Source: Paraglomus brasilianum
Lineage: Eukaryota
Assembly: GCA_910592345.1 (NCBI GenBank)
Contig: CAJVPI010000147.1
Coordinates: 1 to 48,984 of the forward strand
DNA: 48,984 nt
Direction: 5' to 3'
The notes beneath the pieces were generated by a model. It had not been told where the DNA came from. It searched no databases and saw only the letters and a list, made by a program, of their open reading frames with translations. This document shows, one piece after another, positions 10,143-22,522 of the stretch. Within the stretch, counting starts at the first letter, position 1; each line of letters starts with the position of its first letter. Made by a program: the position numbers and the translations under genes.

Positions 10143-12361
10143 AATTTCTGGTTTGATTGTGAACGGTCATGTGATTTTATGAATGAAATGAATCAGACAT
10201 TTTGTATAGAGAAGATTTCTTCTTTTTAGAATTTTTTTTTTTTTTCATTCAAAAAAAATGAACTTTCGGATGTACAATTTTCGTGCATGACAGCATACGA
10301 ATTAGAAGTAACTGTTATATTGGTATCCGTCTCAATGATAAATAAACCCAGGATCAAATGACGATACCGATTAACTGTATTATTAAATTCAATATTGATA
10401 TACTAGACTTTGGCATATTAATATCATTAGTATTCTCTATTAACAGTCTAGTCATTTCATCTTATTCACTGTCGGAAACATAAACAGATCAGTATGCGAA
10501 AATTTTTGTGTTAGTAGGTAAGGAAAAAAAAATATATATATATATATATATTATAGTTTGTCAACTTTAAATGTTTCCGTTTTTTATGTGGTGAGAGGCC
10601 TGTGACAAGGAGGCCATATCTGATAGAGATTTGCGCTTGTTGGTCAATTCCTTCTCCTTTTGTATGACGATCTACATAACAAATGATTTAGTAAGCGTAA
10701 ACGCTTTGAAATATCAAGAATTCCGATATGAACATTAATATGGTCAAAGAAAAAAGAAAGATCACGTGCCAAAGGCTGATTTTTGTATTTAGGCCAAATT
10801 TACAAATCATTGAACCTGCCAAGTTTGGACCGAGACATGATTTGAATCGAAATATTCCAAAAATTGAACGATTCTTTCATTCACAGCAACAACTCATCCA
10901 TGCCCGATTGGCCCCGTCTATTTTTTCCTTTTCTCATGTTTTTGCACTTTTACAGTCGATACTGATACGTTAGAACAATATTATCTACTTTTACAATAAC
11001 CGCAAGCAAAGTCTGTTGACGGGTATTCGCCTACTCAGATGTTTGTTTTTAGCTGGTTGAAAGTGGGTGTTGGAAGCGTCCAAGACATCTTGCAAGATGT
11101 TGATTCATGCTCTTATTCAAATTCTGTAAACCTTACGTTTAATGGTATGCTTTTGAAATTAAAGAAGATTGGGCCTTTTCTATATCGAGCGAGTTTTGAT
11201 CTAGGTGGTATTATCTTTAAACCGGAACTGCGCGTCTAAAGTTCTGTGTAATATTCGAGAGAGACATTGTAGGGCGATAACGATTAATAATCTATAAAGA
11301 CAAGCCACAAACTGGTTTGCAAAGTCAAAGAAAAAACGGGGTTCAAAAGAGTACTGATTTTTGACTTGCAGAGAATATGCAAGAAGGATAAGTCAGATCT
11401 GCTGAGGAACGTGACAAAAAATTAAATTTTTTTTCCAAAAACTAGAAAATTCTATATGGAAATTGGTTTTTTGCACAAAATAGAAAATCGAATAAACGAC
11501 GGGGGTGTGGGCAAATGTTTATGCAAACAAACAACTAGAAAAAAAAAAGTTCCCACTAGTTTTAATGTAGTATATTATTTTAATGTAAATGACGTAGTAA
11601 TGACCGACCAATGTTGAACTATAGTTCCAATGTTGTCAGTGCTGGTACTGTTACACGAACAAGCATCGGATCATTTTCATTAATAAGAACAACAGTAATG
11701 TGACAAATAACTCTCCTTTTTTTTTTCTCTTTCAAACACAGCTTGCCGCGATCTGGATCTGAATCACGACATTTGCATCGAAATTTCACAACGGACTTTT
11801 GGGATCCAGAATAAATCCAACGGTTACATTGACAGTTAAAGGCAATTGACAATACGCTATTTAGAAAAAGGAAAATTTTTGACAATAGAATATCTAAAAA
11901 GGGAATTAGAAAGAGTATTAGCATCGACTTATGGTTAAAGTCACCATCTGTATAATAAACAATAGCATCAAAGACAGCGGTTTTTTCATTATCTTTTGTA
12001 GTTGAACAAGTTTGGCGCTTTCCATTTTACTCAAGTGATGCAAATAGATATGTTGTGTAACGCATATTACACATAGTACAACAGGTTTTTACTGATAGCG
12101 GGAGCGTGTAACAGTTGCTATTTATTATTATTAGAACAAATGTTATAAATAAAATGAGACCACAAAAAGCGAAGAGACGCACCAAACCCTTGTACTTGTA
12201 AAACACAGTGTCAGTCAAAAAGCCCCTCAGTGTAAAACTTAATTTTTTGTTGGGGATGCGGAAATACAACAACACGCCTTTTTAGTCCTTATAATGAGAA
12301 TATTATATTGTTGAGTTCACATTATATTACCAAAAATTCGTATATACCCCGAATAGTATTA

Positions 12362-13620
12362 CAGTCGACTGCCGATAATTAGACTCCGACTCCGATCACT
12401 ATCGTCTTGAACGAGACTTGATCTTTCATATTCAATCAAACTTGTTAATTCGATTGCTTAAATAATTTCCATTAAGCTGGTACATATAACGTTCGTTAAT
12501 GCAATCCCAGTCAAATCATTTCCATTTAAGGGTTAATTCTTATAGTCAACTTTTTTCCACTTTTATACACTGGTCCATCGCTGTACGACAAGTGTCGGGA
12601 CTATGATCAAAACCAACATGCTTTGTTTCACTCTTGTCTATCCAGGTAGATAATAGCTTAGTATGCATATGTAGCTTGGAATAAGTCTTACACTATTTAT
12701 TTTCTTGACTATAATCGATAATTCGACCGGCTGCACTAATTATGCGATAAATTATCCGACCGGCATTAATTGTGTGATATGACAAAAAAATTCCATCATA
12801 TGTTTATTTCATATCGAAAAAAAAGGCCATATTATAGCCAATCAGAAAAACGGATAAATATCGATATAATGATAAACGATTAAGGAATCGAAGGCCAGAC
12901 AAACGTAGCAAAAGGCCCTATCTTTATGGACGTTGTAAATGGCTATGCTCTTTCCGGGGACGCTATAATTGCTAAAGCTCGCAATTACGCAAAGCGTTTA
13001 GAAATTAATGACTTTAATAGACGGTTGGCTATCTGAGTTTAATGAACTGAGGCAAATCGTAAAGCATGTAGGCTCAGCAGGGAAAAAGAATAAAAGCAAA
13101 GTTTCGAAAGCACATTTCCAGTCTAGTATATAATCATTAGGTGTCCGTATTACGAGTGGCTCAAGTGGTTAACAAAAATTACGCAAGTTGAACTATCATT
13201 CTCTTACTAGACACGCCTCAGATCAGATGTTTTTCATGCGTCATAAATTACAATTACTTATAACGTGTTTGACACATGGAACGATGTTGATAGAATCAAG
13301 ATTAGGGACTGCTGGCTAAAACCGGCCCGACATCGTTCCAAAAATGCAATAATTCAGGAACTAATTAATATAATGGAATGTTAGAAATTTATTCAGTATT
13401 TTTGTTTGTATTATGCGGAAAATGCAAATGCAGCACTTGACGATGACAAAAAAAGTCTCTTAGTTGTAAGTCCGCTGAGAACGACTCTGATACAGAAGAA
13501 ATACAACCATCGAAAAAATTTCCCTGAAAAAAGTCCCCGATATTCTCGAACAACAAGAAAACATCGAATTTAAAGCAGAAGATTTGACAGCCATCGGTCA
13601 ATAGAGTTAAATTGCATCGT
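12362..13620 (+). mobile_element. Decayed pogo/Tigger-type (CENP-B HTH + DDE_1) DNA transposon
   Basis: TA followed by TIR-like CAGTCGACTGCCGATAATT at 12362. Segment 12910-13070 translates across frameshifts as KALSLW..ALSGDAIIAKARNYAKRLEINDF..DGWLSEF..LRQIVKH (CENP-B HTH); 13266-13326 as VFDTWNDVDRIKIRDCWLKTG (DDE_1 C-terminal motif). The right boundary is uncertain. Confidence 0.72.
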
Positions 13621-14790
13621 ATCTTATTACGTCTTTCAAACTAAAATTTTGTGTCACCTTAAGTACATTAACCTCGGCCGACCTGTAGTACAATATTCGT
13701 ATTTGCTGCGGCATTCCCCGGACGCTTAGAGCTTTTTGTATATATTTGGGTTTGAATCTGCTTTTATGTGAACAGCCTCTGATGAACCTTACTAGCCTCT
13801 TCCATCACTTATATTGTAAGACATATGTTCTGAAAGATTTGCAAACAGATGTTTCGCTTTGAAACACATTACTAATGCTACTATCATTTTTATAACCATT
13901 TTGAAGACATTCTGAAGGATATGGACATATTGCTCAATCGGAATAGTAAAAAACTATACTAATATCCGTAATGGGACAACCCAAATTCAAAGTGGGAAGG
14001 GCTAACGATGATCCTACTGCAAATAAAAGAAATGTCAGGGTTCAGTTTTTTCCCAGTGTTTCAACACATGTTTTATATAAATGAAACTCTTTAATTGTGA
14101 CGTGCAAATGGGAATAGCAGTCTTAAACGATGATAGGATAAACCAGTCCCCCTTCCTCGGAATGCCTTCCCTTGCAAGGAAATAACAAACAAACGGGTTT
14201 ACCATACTAGTTTAGAATAGTAAAGCAATTTCGCAGAAAGAAATGAAACTATATTATATTATCGGCAAATGGTTGGTTCAAAAATTAAATGCGTCTTTGC
14301 TTCAAAAGCACATTTGTATTAAATCAATAATTGCACATTGTTCAGCTTTATTAATTAGGCGTACATATCGTTGTTTGCATGTATGATTCTGTTTCCTAGT
14401 TTATTCTATTAATTCCCACTAATGAAATTTAACGCCCAAAAATGGGCGATTCAGATAATACAAAGGTGATATTTGAGAGAGAGATTGATTATATAATGTA
14501 ATCACCTCATCTCAACAATTGCGTATTGGTGGGAACACAAGCTCTTTTGTCAATCATGCTATTGTTTGCAGTCAAACCTTTGCGACTATTACCAGTCCTT
14601 CCCGTCAAGACTGTATTATCCTTATTTTCGGAATGGTAAAGTCTCGTACAAAGCCACAAAAGCCATGCGTCTTTTAAACACCATAATTGTATACCTGCCC
14701 ACTTTTTAGCTTTCGATTGGCAAGTCCTTTTTTCTTCTTTATACTGCAATACGACATTTTATGCATGTTTATCATTATACTCGTGTACAG

Positions 14791-14923
14791 CAGTTCCATT
14801 TAATGGTTCCGTTTTCAGATATCGCCAGTCGTCAGTTCCATTTCATTTAATGGTTCCGTTTTCAGATATCACCAGTCGTCAGTTCCAGTTCCGTTTTCGG
14901 ATATCACCAGTCGTCATTCCAGT
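14791..14923 (+). repeat. Three imperfect direct repeats (35-47 bp) with a conserved ~29-bp core
   Basis: Core GTTCCGTTTTC(A/G)GATATC(G/A)CCAGTCGTCA occurs three times, separated by related short linkers. Confidence 0.9.
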
Positions 14924-17627
14924 CTTTCTGCTACCCACGAAAATTGTAGCGTCTAGGATACAATCTGTATCCTGGAAAGTTATGGTCTCGCTCGCTCGCT
15001 TTCATTCACTAGCCGCATACCATTTAAGTCCGTTTCTGAATAAGTGATAGTGATATGACTATTATTTGAACGTTAAAAGTTTCATATTTTCGTTAATCAT
15101 AATTATTGTCCAATTCCTCAACTCGTAGAATTAATTGCCGAAAGATCATAAATGATAGAAAGAAATGAAACCGCCCGAATTAAAATGTGGTAAACAACGC
15201 TCGTTTACAGTCTGCCGAAACATATAAATATAGTCCTGACATGAACGAACCAGTAATATGTCAATTAGAATTATTATCAGAAATTATACTTTGCAACATT
15301 CACCGACTTTTACGGTTTGGCTGTGTGACAGATCCAGCTTGTCGTTAGGTTCTTTTATTGTCGACTTACGTCATTTATAGATATTCAATAAGAGTTTACC
15401 AATAATGTCAGGAATTGTTACCACGTGGCTTAACAGATCCTACGTGGAAAGCACAATTATTATTATATGCAATCTAAGTGACAAAGTAACACATTTAATA
15501 ACCGATGTGTGTGGAAACATGGAAAGGAAATTGTCTTCCTTAAAGCGGGCCAATTCCGGGTATATTTCTACACACATATGCGAGCGAGGATATGTGAATT
15601 GTTACTCAATTGAGATAACAAATGCCGAATGCAAAGAATGACATTCACAACATAACAAATTGACTTACATTGCAATATACGTTCTTTGGGCCAAACAATA
15701 CCACTGTAATAAGACAAACTTATTACAGAAAAGTATTACACATTTGATATAATTTTGATACAGATTTTCTAGTTTTAAGCAAAATATTTAGTATTCCCAA
15801 GTTTAATAAAAAAAGAAGAAGAAGCTAAACGTGATGGTTCTCTATAAATAAAAGCAGTTAGTTCAATAACAAAGTTTACAGAAATAGAAGACACTAACTC
15901 TGGGAAATTGGTATGCTAAACATGTTGGATAATAAACAAATCCAATAAGAGTAACTACAATCTTAATATACAATAATGGTATTAAGCCGGAATAAGATGC
16001 GCAGATTTCTTTGCAGAGTAGGATTCTTCTTTTGTGAATAATAGTAACCAAAGTTTTTTTACAAGAACGGCTGTTCCTTTATTGGAGAGATTGACGTCGG
16101 GAATTAATATCGATATTTAACATGGACAAGATTGGCAAGCGATCAACAAACGGTCACTAACCCGAAAAGCAATTGTATAAAATCAACTCAAAATTTAGAA
16201 AATCAAAAATCGATTAAAGTTAGCAAATTATAAAGTAGTAGTAGCTTAAATTTGTTTAATGATTATTAATTCAATTTTATTATAAAACCTTTATAAATAC
16301 TGGATGGACATAGTGTATCACTCACATATTACCTTATCAGAAACTTAATGTTTATTCTTACACTAAATTGTAAAAAAAAAAAAAGAAAGTTACTGTCAAA
16401 CCGAATTATAATTACCCCAACTTTACTAAAAACAGAAAAGCACTGAACTACGAAACATCACAGAAACATTCCAATGTTGTTATTTACTAAAGTGATTACA
16501 CATTCCGGTCGCATACTATGCAGTAAGGTGAAACATCAGTTGAACAGATTAATCTATTTGACAAATGCACATGAAAGATATGCATAGCTTGCTGCTTGCT
16601 GAAAATATGCATAATCTTCACTCTCAATGGTTACAAATTGTAACCATTGAATTCTTTAGATATGCCGGCTTGCTCTATAGTCATAAGTACTGTTAGTAAC
16701 ATTGCGGTCATGATTAGTTTGTCCTTCTGGTTGCGTACAGGGCCTTTCTCACATTCTAATCCGGCTGAAGCATTTTGGAAAGACGCGTTTGTGCAAGAGA
16801 CGTTGCGGAAAACATTCGTTTTTCCGGCCAGTTGTATTTTCCTGCAAATGATAAATAAATGCTATCTCACAAAATATCCGATATACAGATCGATATATTA
16901 ATATGCCTTCTTTGCTTGTCGCCATTATTTTTATTAACATTCTTATTGCCGCATGCTTTTTGGCATATACAAATGTTTGAAATAAAAAAACCTTACGCCA
17001 AAAATGTCACACTAAATTAAATGAGCACGTGAATCGTAAATTCTATGATTAGAAACATTGTTTATGTAATTGAGATCAAAAAAAGGGGGTTATTTGATCG
17101 TTATGTTTAAAGTCTAATTATAAAATATACGCATTTCGTAAAACCTACCATTGGGGGCCCCTGAAAATGTTGTAATACGCAGGCACAAGTATTTTTTTTC
17201 AGATGTTTCTTCAGAGACTATTCTTCCGTCAAAACATTCCTTTTCTGGAAGTTTGATGCTTGTTTGTATAACAAACCGCCCGCAAATACAGAGATATGAG
17301 ATATGGTGGATAACAGTTTATATCACATTCTTTATATATCATCATATCCCCTCAAACACATCCTTTTTTACCGTTTTGGTAGTTATTCTCATACGATCAG
17401 TCAGCAGCGACAAAGGCATCTTTTTTGTTGACCCCAATATATTTTATTACTATCATAGCTTTCCTGCTACACTACGTAGAGAAGAGAAGAAGAAAAAATT
17501 TATAATATATAGCGAACACAAACACAAAGTGTGAACCTTTCTAACATTCACGTAATCTCGCCTTTCCTACTACTACCTTGACAACGAGCTCTATACCCGG
17601 ACTGCTTTTGACAATATAACAAAAATA

Positions 17628-19377
17628 ATGAAGCTGCATTGCTTCGTTATTCCTCTAATTGGCGCGCTAAGTCTACTCGGCGTATTCGCCAACGCCAATC
17701 CTATTGCTGGAGGACAGGGAAACAAAATAGAGAAAAGAGATACAATACCCACTGCTTCTTATGACAAGGTAACTTTAACAGACCATCATGTCCAAGTTCT
17801 CTTTCAATAACCAAGTGATCTAATATGCATGTTTGACCTGTTGCCTCAAAGCAGTTTGAGTCTTTCTTACTGAAAAGAGAGGGGGGGGATAAAAACGCAA
17901 GTACTACCACAGAAACTCTAGACGCCACGACGATAGACACCACGACGATAACAAAGGTAAGCAGAAGAAAAGAGCTTTTAACCAATTATTGAGAATGAAA
18001 TTGGAGGAAAAGTTAAAAGAGTAATAAAAGTACACAAGAGTCGGAGTAAGAACTTGCTACCAAGAATCATAATCAATTACAAAGAATGGCACAAGTAGTA
18101 TAAATAGAACTTGTAGATTTTGCAATTGCGAGGGGTGGTCATGTCATTTTGAATGAAAAGTAGATCAAAACGCATGATTAGATGCCAAAGAAATATCTAG
18201 TATAACTCTTACTGGCCACTTCTCAAACCCTGCTATATCAAAAGCGTTGCAAGGAAGGACTTTATATACATAATATTTATACGTTTGTACTAATCCACAA
18301 CAACTCTCCTTCTTCACAAAGCATTCCCGCCCGACCACAACCAGCACAGATAATTCTATCCTCGATGACAGCCTCATTGACCACGAAGAAGCTACCATCC
18401 ATCGTGTGATAGTAATACTCTGTTCCCTTGGTGCTTCCTTATTCGTCGTTGCAATAGCAATGGCTTGCCTATATTGCAAAGTCAGAAAGCAGCAAAGAGA
18501 TTTGGGCCACGTAAGGAAAGAATTAGAAGATGATGGAGAGAGTGGCTCCAAAAGTCGAGATAATGGAAGTTTTTGGAATAGAGAAAGAGCTGCAAATAAT
18601 GCAAGTAATGATGTTACCGAAAGAGGGAGAAGGTTGAGCAATGAAGATAGTGGTAGAGTTTCTAACAAAATGGACGATGATAGACATAGTTTAATGGAAA
18701 TGGATACACAAGCATCTGCATCTGTCACACTACCACCAGCAGTAATAACCACAGACTCGTCTTGTACAATACAATTAGCCTCTATTCCGCTACAACAACT
18801 ATCAAGACCCGTAATCCAAGATTTTCCGCCCGCGTTCACATCTCTCACAAATAATTTGTCTACGCCGTCTGCGCCAATGGCTGCAGAGCTGGTGAGCAAT
18901 AGCGAGACCGATGGAGACGTTAAGATTGACTTGGCAGGAAACGAGGAAATGTTCAAAACCGATGATACAAACAGAACGAATAGATCTATACCTCGATTCG
19001 ATTCTCGGCGCGAAATAGACGAAATTGACGATCTTGGTTTCTATTCTGAACTTCCAATGATAAGTCCACCGGCATACACTCCGACGGCTCCCCCAGTATG
19101 TAATTTACCGCATTTGCCGATACCAGAATATGATCGACACAGAATTCAGGATATGGTATTGTATACTTCTGCTCCCCCGAGAAGAAGGTTGCAACCTAAT
19201 ACAAATCGTGATGGAGAGAATGAATCAACGTATGCGACTCTGGCAGGTCATAATAATAGTACGTCGACTGCTAACACACGAGAAAGCTCCGGACTCAATT
19301 ACCCAAGTCCTCCACCACCAATACTAACAACCAGAAGGTCTACGGTTGCTCGGTCAAATACACAAGATGATCGGTAG
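17628..19377 (+). CDS. Type I single-pass membrane protein (~430 aa): signal peptide, KR sites, S/T-rich ectodomain, cytoplasmic PPxY and P(S/T)AP motifs
   Basis: In-phase exons 17628-17768, 17855-17956, 18322-19377. Signal peptide MKLHCFVIPLIGALSLLGVFANA; EKR and LKR dibasic sites; TM VIVILCSLGASLFVVAIAMACLYC followed by KVRK; tail contains PSAP and PPAYTPTAPP. Confidence 0.8.
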
Positions 19378-20125
19378 CCGATGGAAAGAAGAGGGGAAAG
19401 ATGGTGGTGGTAGTTAGACTAGGGATCGAGTGAAATGATCCCATAATTCTAGAGTTGTAAAAAAAAGTATATCGGAAAGTTTTTTAATGGATCTAGACGA
19501 TCTTTATTATGTAATTTTACACCATACGTTATAAATGTACTCTTCGCTTCATAATGAGATAAGTCGATGCAGTATATCTCTTGTAGATAACTTTTCTGTT
19601 TCAATTTTGTTTGGAAGTATATTTTCAGGATTTTGTTTTTGTTTTTGTTTGTTTTCAAAAGCTGTGAAATGGAGATTAAACTTGTAAAAAAATTTTATTA
19701 TTTTTCTTTGAATAATATGTGTATGTTCCCTTCCGAAGCGAGCATCCTTTCTTGTTCAAAATTTAATTTAAAAATTTATTCCTCTCTCTCACTTTCTTTT
19801 AATGAAGGAAAGAAAAAAAAAAGGCCAGCTGCTGTTTATCGTATCTTATCGTCTTTTTTTGCAATAAATAAAACCTCTTTTTAATGTAATTCATTTTGCG
19901 AAAACGATATCAGTTGTTGTTATAAACAAACAGGGGGACGTGCCAAAGGAAATTAAACATTACAACGTAAATGCGCCAGCCAAAAACATTCGACCCTATT
20001 ACCTCTTATATTTACACCTGTCCAAGGTCCGAAAACTCTTTTCGAACCTTTTGCCGACTTGTCCCTACTCATGTTCAACATCGTCGTCATTATCATCATC
20101 GTCATCGTTGTCGTCATCACCATAT

Positions 20126-22522
20126 CTACTTTCTCTTCTTCCCGATTCTTCCTTTTCTATTTACACCTGGCCCAGGTCCGAAACCCCTCGAACCTCCTAC
20201 CAACTTATCCTTACCCGTATCATCACCATCATTGTAATCACCCTCTCCTCTCCCTCTCTTCTTCTTCCCTATATACTCCTTCAACTCGATCGTGGCGATT
20301 CTCTGTGCTTCCGCAACCCGCTCTTGCAACAACAACACCTCTTCCTTGTCTCCTAGTGGGAACTGCTCCATCTTTTTATCAATCACCTGTTCAATCCGTT
20401 GGAAGAGTTCAACGTCGTATTGAGTCACCAGGGTAATAGACTTTCCTGATCGTCCGGCACGAGCAGTGCGGCCAACCCGATGAATGTAATCTTTGGAATT
20501 TTGAGGAATATCAAAGTTGATTACAGCGTCTACTAAGGGAATATCCAGGCCTCTGTGATGAAAAAAGGCGATGGAAATGTCAGTCGATTGTGGATAGAGT
20601 CTTTGCCTTGCTCTAACAACTAACGTCTAAAGATTTTAAAATCTTATTCTCTCGACAGATTGGATCATTCGCGACTTGTCACATACTACGATCCTCGCCC
20701 GTCTTTACAGTCAAAACTTACCTGCTAGCAATATCAGTGGCTATCAACAAATTCCTATTTCCGGCCTTGAACTTATTCAATGCGCCCAACCTCTTGCTCT
20801 GACTCATCTGTCCATGTAGCGGTATAGCTGGGAAACCCAGATTTCGTAATAACAATGCTAATCGTTGTGTCTCTGAACATGTTCGTGTAAAGATTATGAT
20901 AGAGTTGCCGGATAATTCGTTACAGAGATAGACGAGGTAGCAGTCTTTATGTTTAAGTGGGAAGAAGAGATAATATTGCAAAAGAGTTGAGACTGTAGAA
21001 TATCTTGCAAAAAAAATAGGGGGGGAGGGAAAGGAAAATCAAGAGATAAGAGACAAAGCAATATGAGAAAACAAATAATCTCAAAAAAATTTTAAAAATT
21101 TTTTTCACTTCCATGACTTCCCTCAATATCCTTCTCCCTCCCAAGTTTCCAACGTTGTACTTACTTTGATGACACTTCAATCTTAACCGGGTTAGTCAAG
21201 GAGGCACGTTGTAATTTGGCGACTTTTGTAGTCATGGTCGCAGAAAAAAGATACGTTTTTCGTTCTTTGGGAATGGATTTGAGAAGTTTATCGATTACTG
21301 GTCCAAAGTCCATATCCAAGAGTTTGTCGGCTTCATCGAGAACCTGTGGTATAGCGAAAAGTGGTTATTAAAGGAAGGCAAGTAGCAATCGTAAGCGAAA
21401 CGTAAAATTGAAAGGACAGGTACGTAAGGTATGTTCTAATCCTTTGGTCAATGATGACTAACTAAATATAAGATTATGTTTCCTCTCTTTTTTTTTTTTT
21501 TTTTTTTTTTTGCCTCTCACTCCTTCAACATTTAATACACCCGATCCATCCAATCTCTGCGTCCCCCCTCCATACCAAATATTTCAGATTCCTCAGACTG
21601 AACCCTTTTGTGTTTTCCAAATGGTCTTGTAACCGACCGGGTGTAGCAATAACAATATGTGGCTTTCTGCTCAGAGCTATCGCTTGAGACATCATGTCCA
21701 TTCCGCCAATTATTACCGCACATCGGACACCAATCGTTGAACCAAGAGAGTCAAAGGCTTCGCTTATCTGAAAAGCCAGTTCCCTGGAGCGAGAGAGATA
21801 TTATAAGCGTAATTGTCAAATGTAGTAAAAACGCTTGTAGTTATATGTCATCTTCATTTCACACATATACGTCCTTTTCGCCTGCTGCAATTTAATCTTA
21901 ATCTTACCTGGTAGGTGCTAATACGCAAGCAAATAGTCCTTGTGGTGCGCCCCATAATGCTTGTAGTATTGGTAATGCAAATGCAGCAGTTTTCCCTGAT
22001 CCTGTCTGTGCCAAACCTATTATGTCTCTACCTAATATTTTAGTGAACGCGACGGTCTTGTTAGATAACGCAACGGATCATGCATTCCATATCAGAGCGA
22101 TAAACACACAAAGTAGGGCATTCCTTTGCTCTGCTAACCTTGCAATGCCCAAGGAATAGCTTCGGCTTGTATTTCAGTTGGTTGCTTGTAGTTCACTTGC
22201 TCACAAGCTTCACATAGCGAATCTATTATCCCCTGTTTCGATGATGTAAAAATGCGTGAATATAAAATTAATAATAGAGCCGAATAATTTAGTTGATTTG
22301 AGAAAAGCAGTTTTATTTATTACTTTTAGGTTTTGATCAATAGTACATTTTATTTTTCGCATTAAAGTCAGTGCTCATATTGATATGATTTCTCATTTCA
22401 TCCGACACCGCTTCTCACTATCATTGTGCTCTCGTCTACGGTTGATCATTTTCAATACATACCAATGACTTGAATGACACTGGTTCTTTTGTATTATCGG
22501 GGTCGTCATTAGTTTCGGACAT
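20126..22522 (-). CDS. RRP3: ATP-dependent rRNA DEAD-box helicase Rrp3/DDX47, 7 exons
   Basis: Exons 22522-22463, 22232-22139, 22031-21908, 21783-21576, 21343-21165, 21003-20722, 20552-20126. Motifs [89 protein letters not shown]. Confidence 0.95.

Noticed and set aside
10560..12280. Coding-like fragments downstream of NRD1
   Set aside because: No recognisable motif or consistent exon chain; probably decayed repeats.
14791..14923. CRISPR-like repeat array
   Set aside because: Linkers are 6-18 bp and related to each other, there are no cas genes, and the context is eukaryotic.
18165..18956. Long antisense ORFs (also 9427-10170, 8636-8992, 19940-20436)
   Set aside because: Shadows of real genes on the opposite strand or of low-complexity sequence.
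21449..21480. C-box ATGATGA in RRP3 intron 4
   Set aside because: It is antisense to the host transcript and has no suitable D box.
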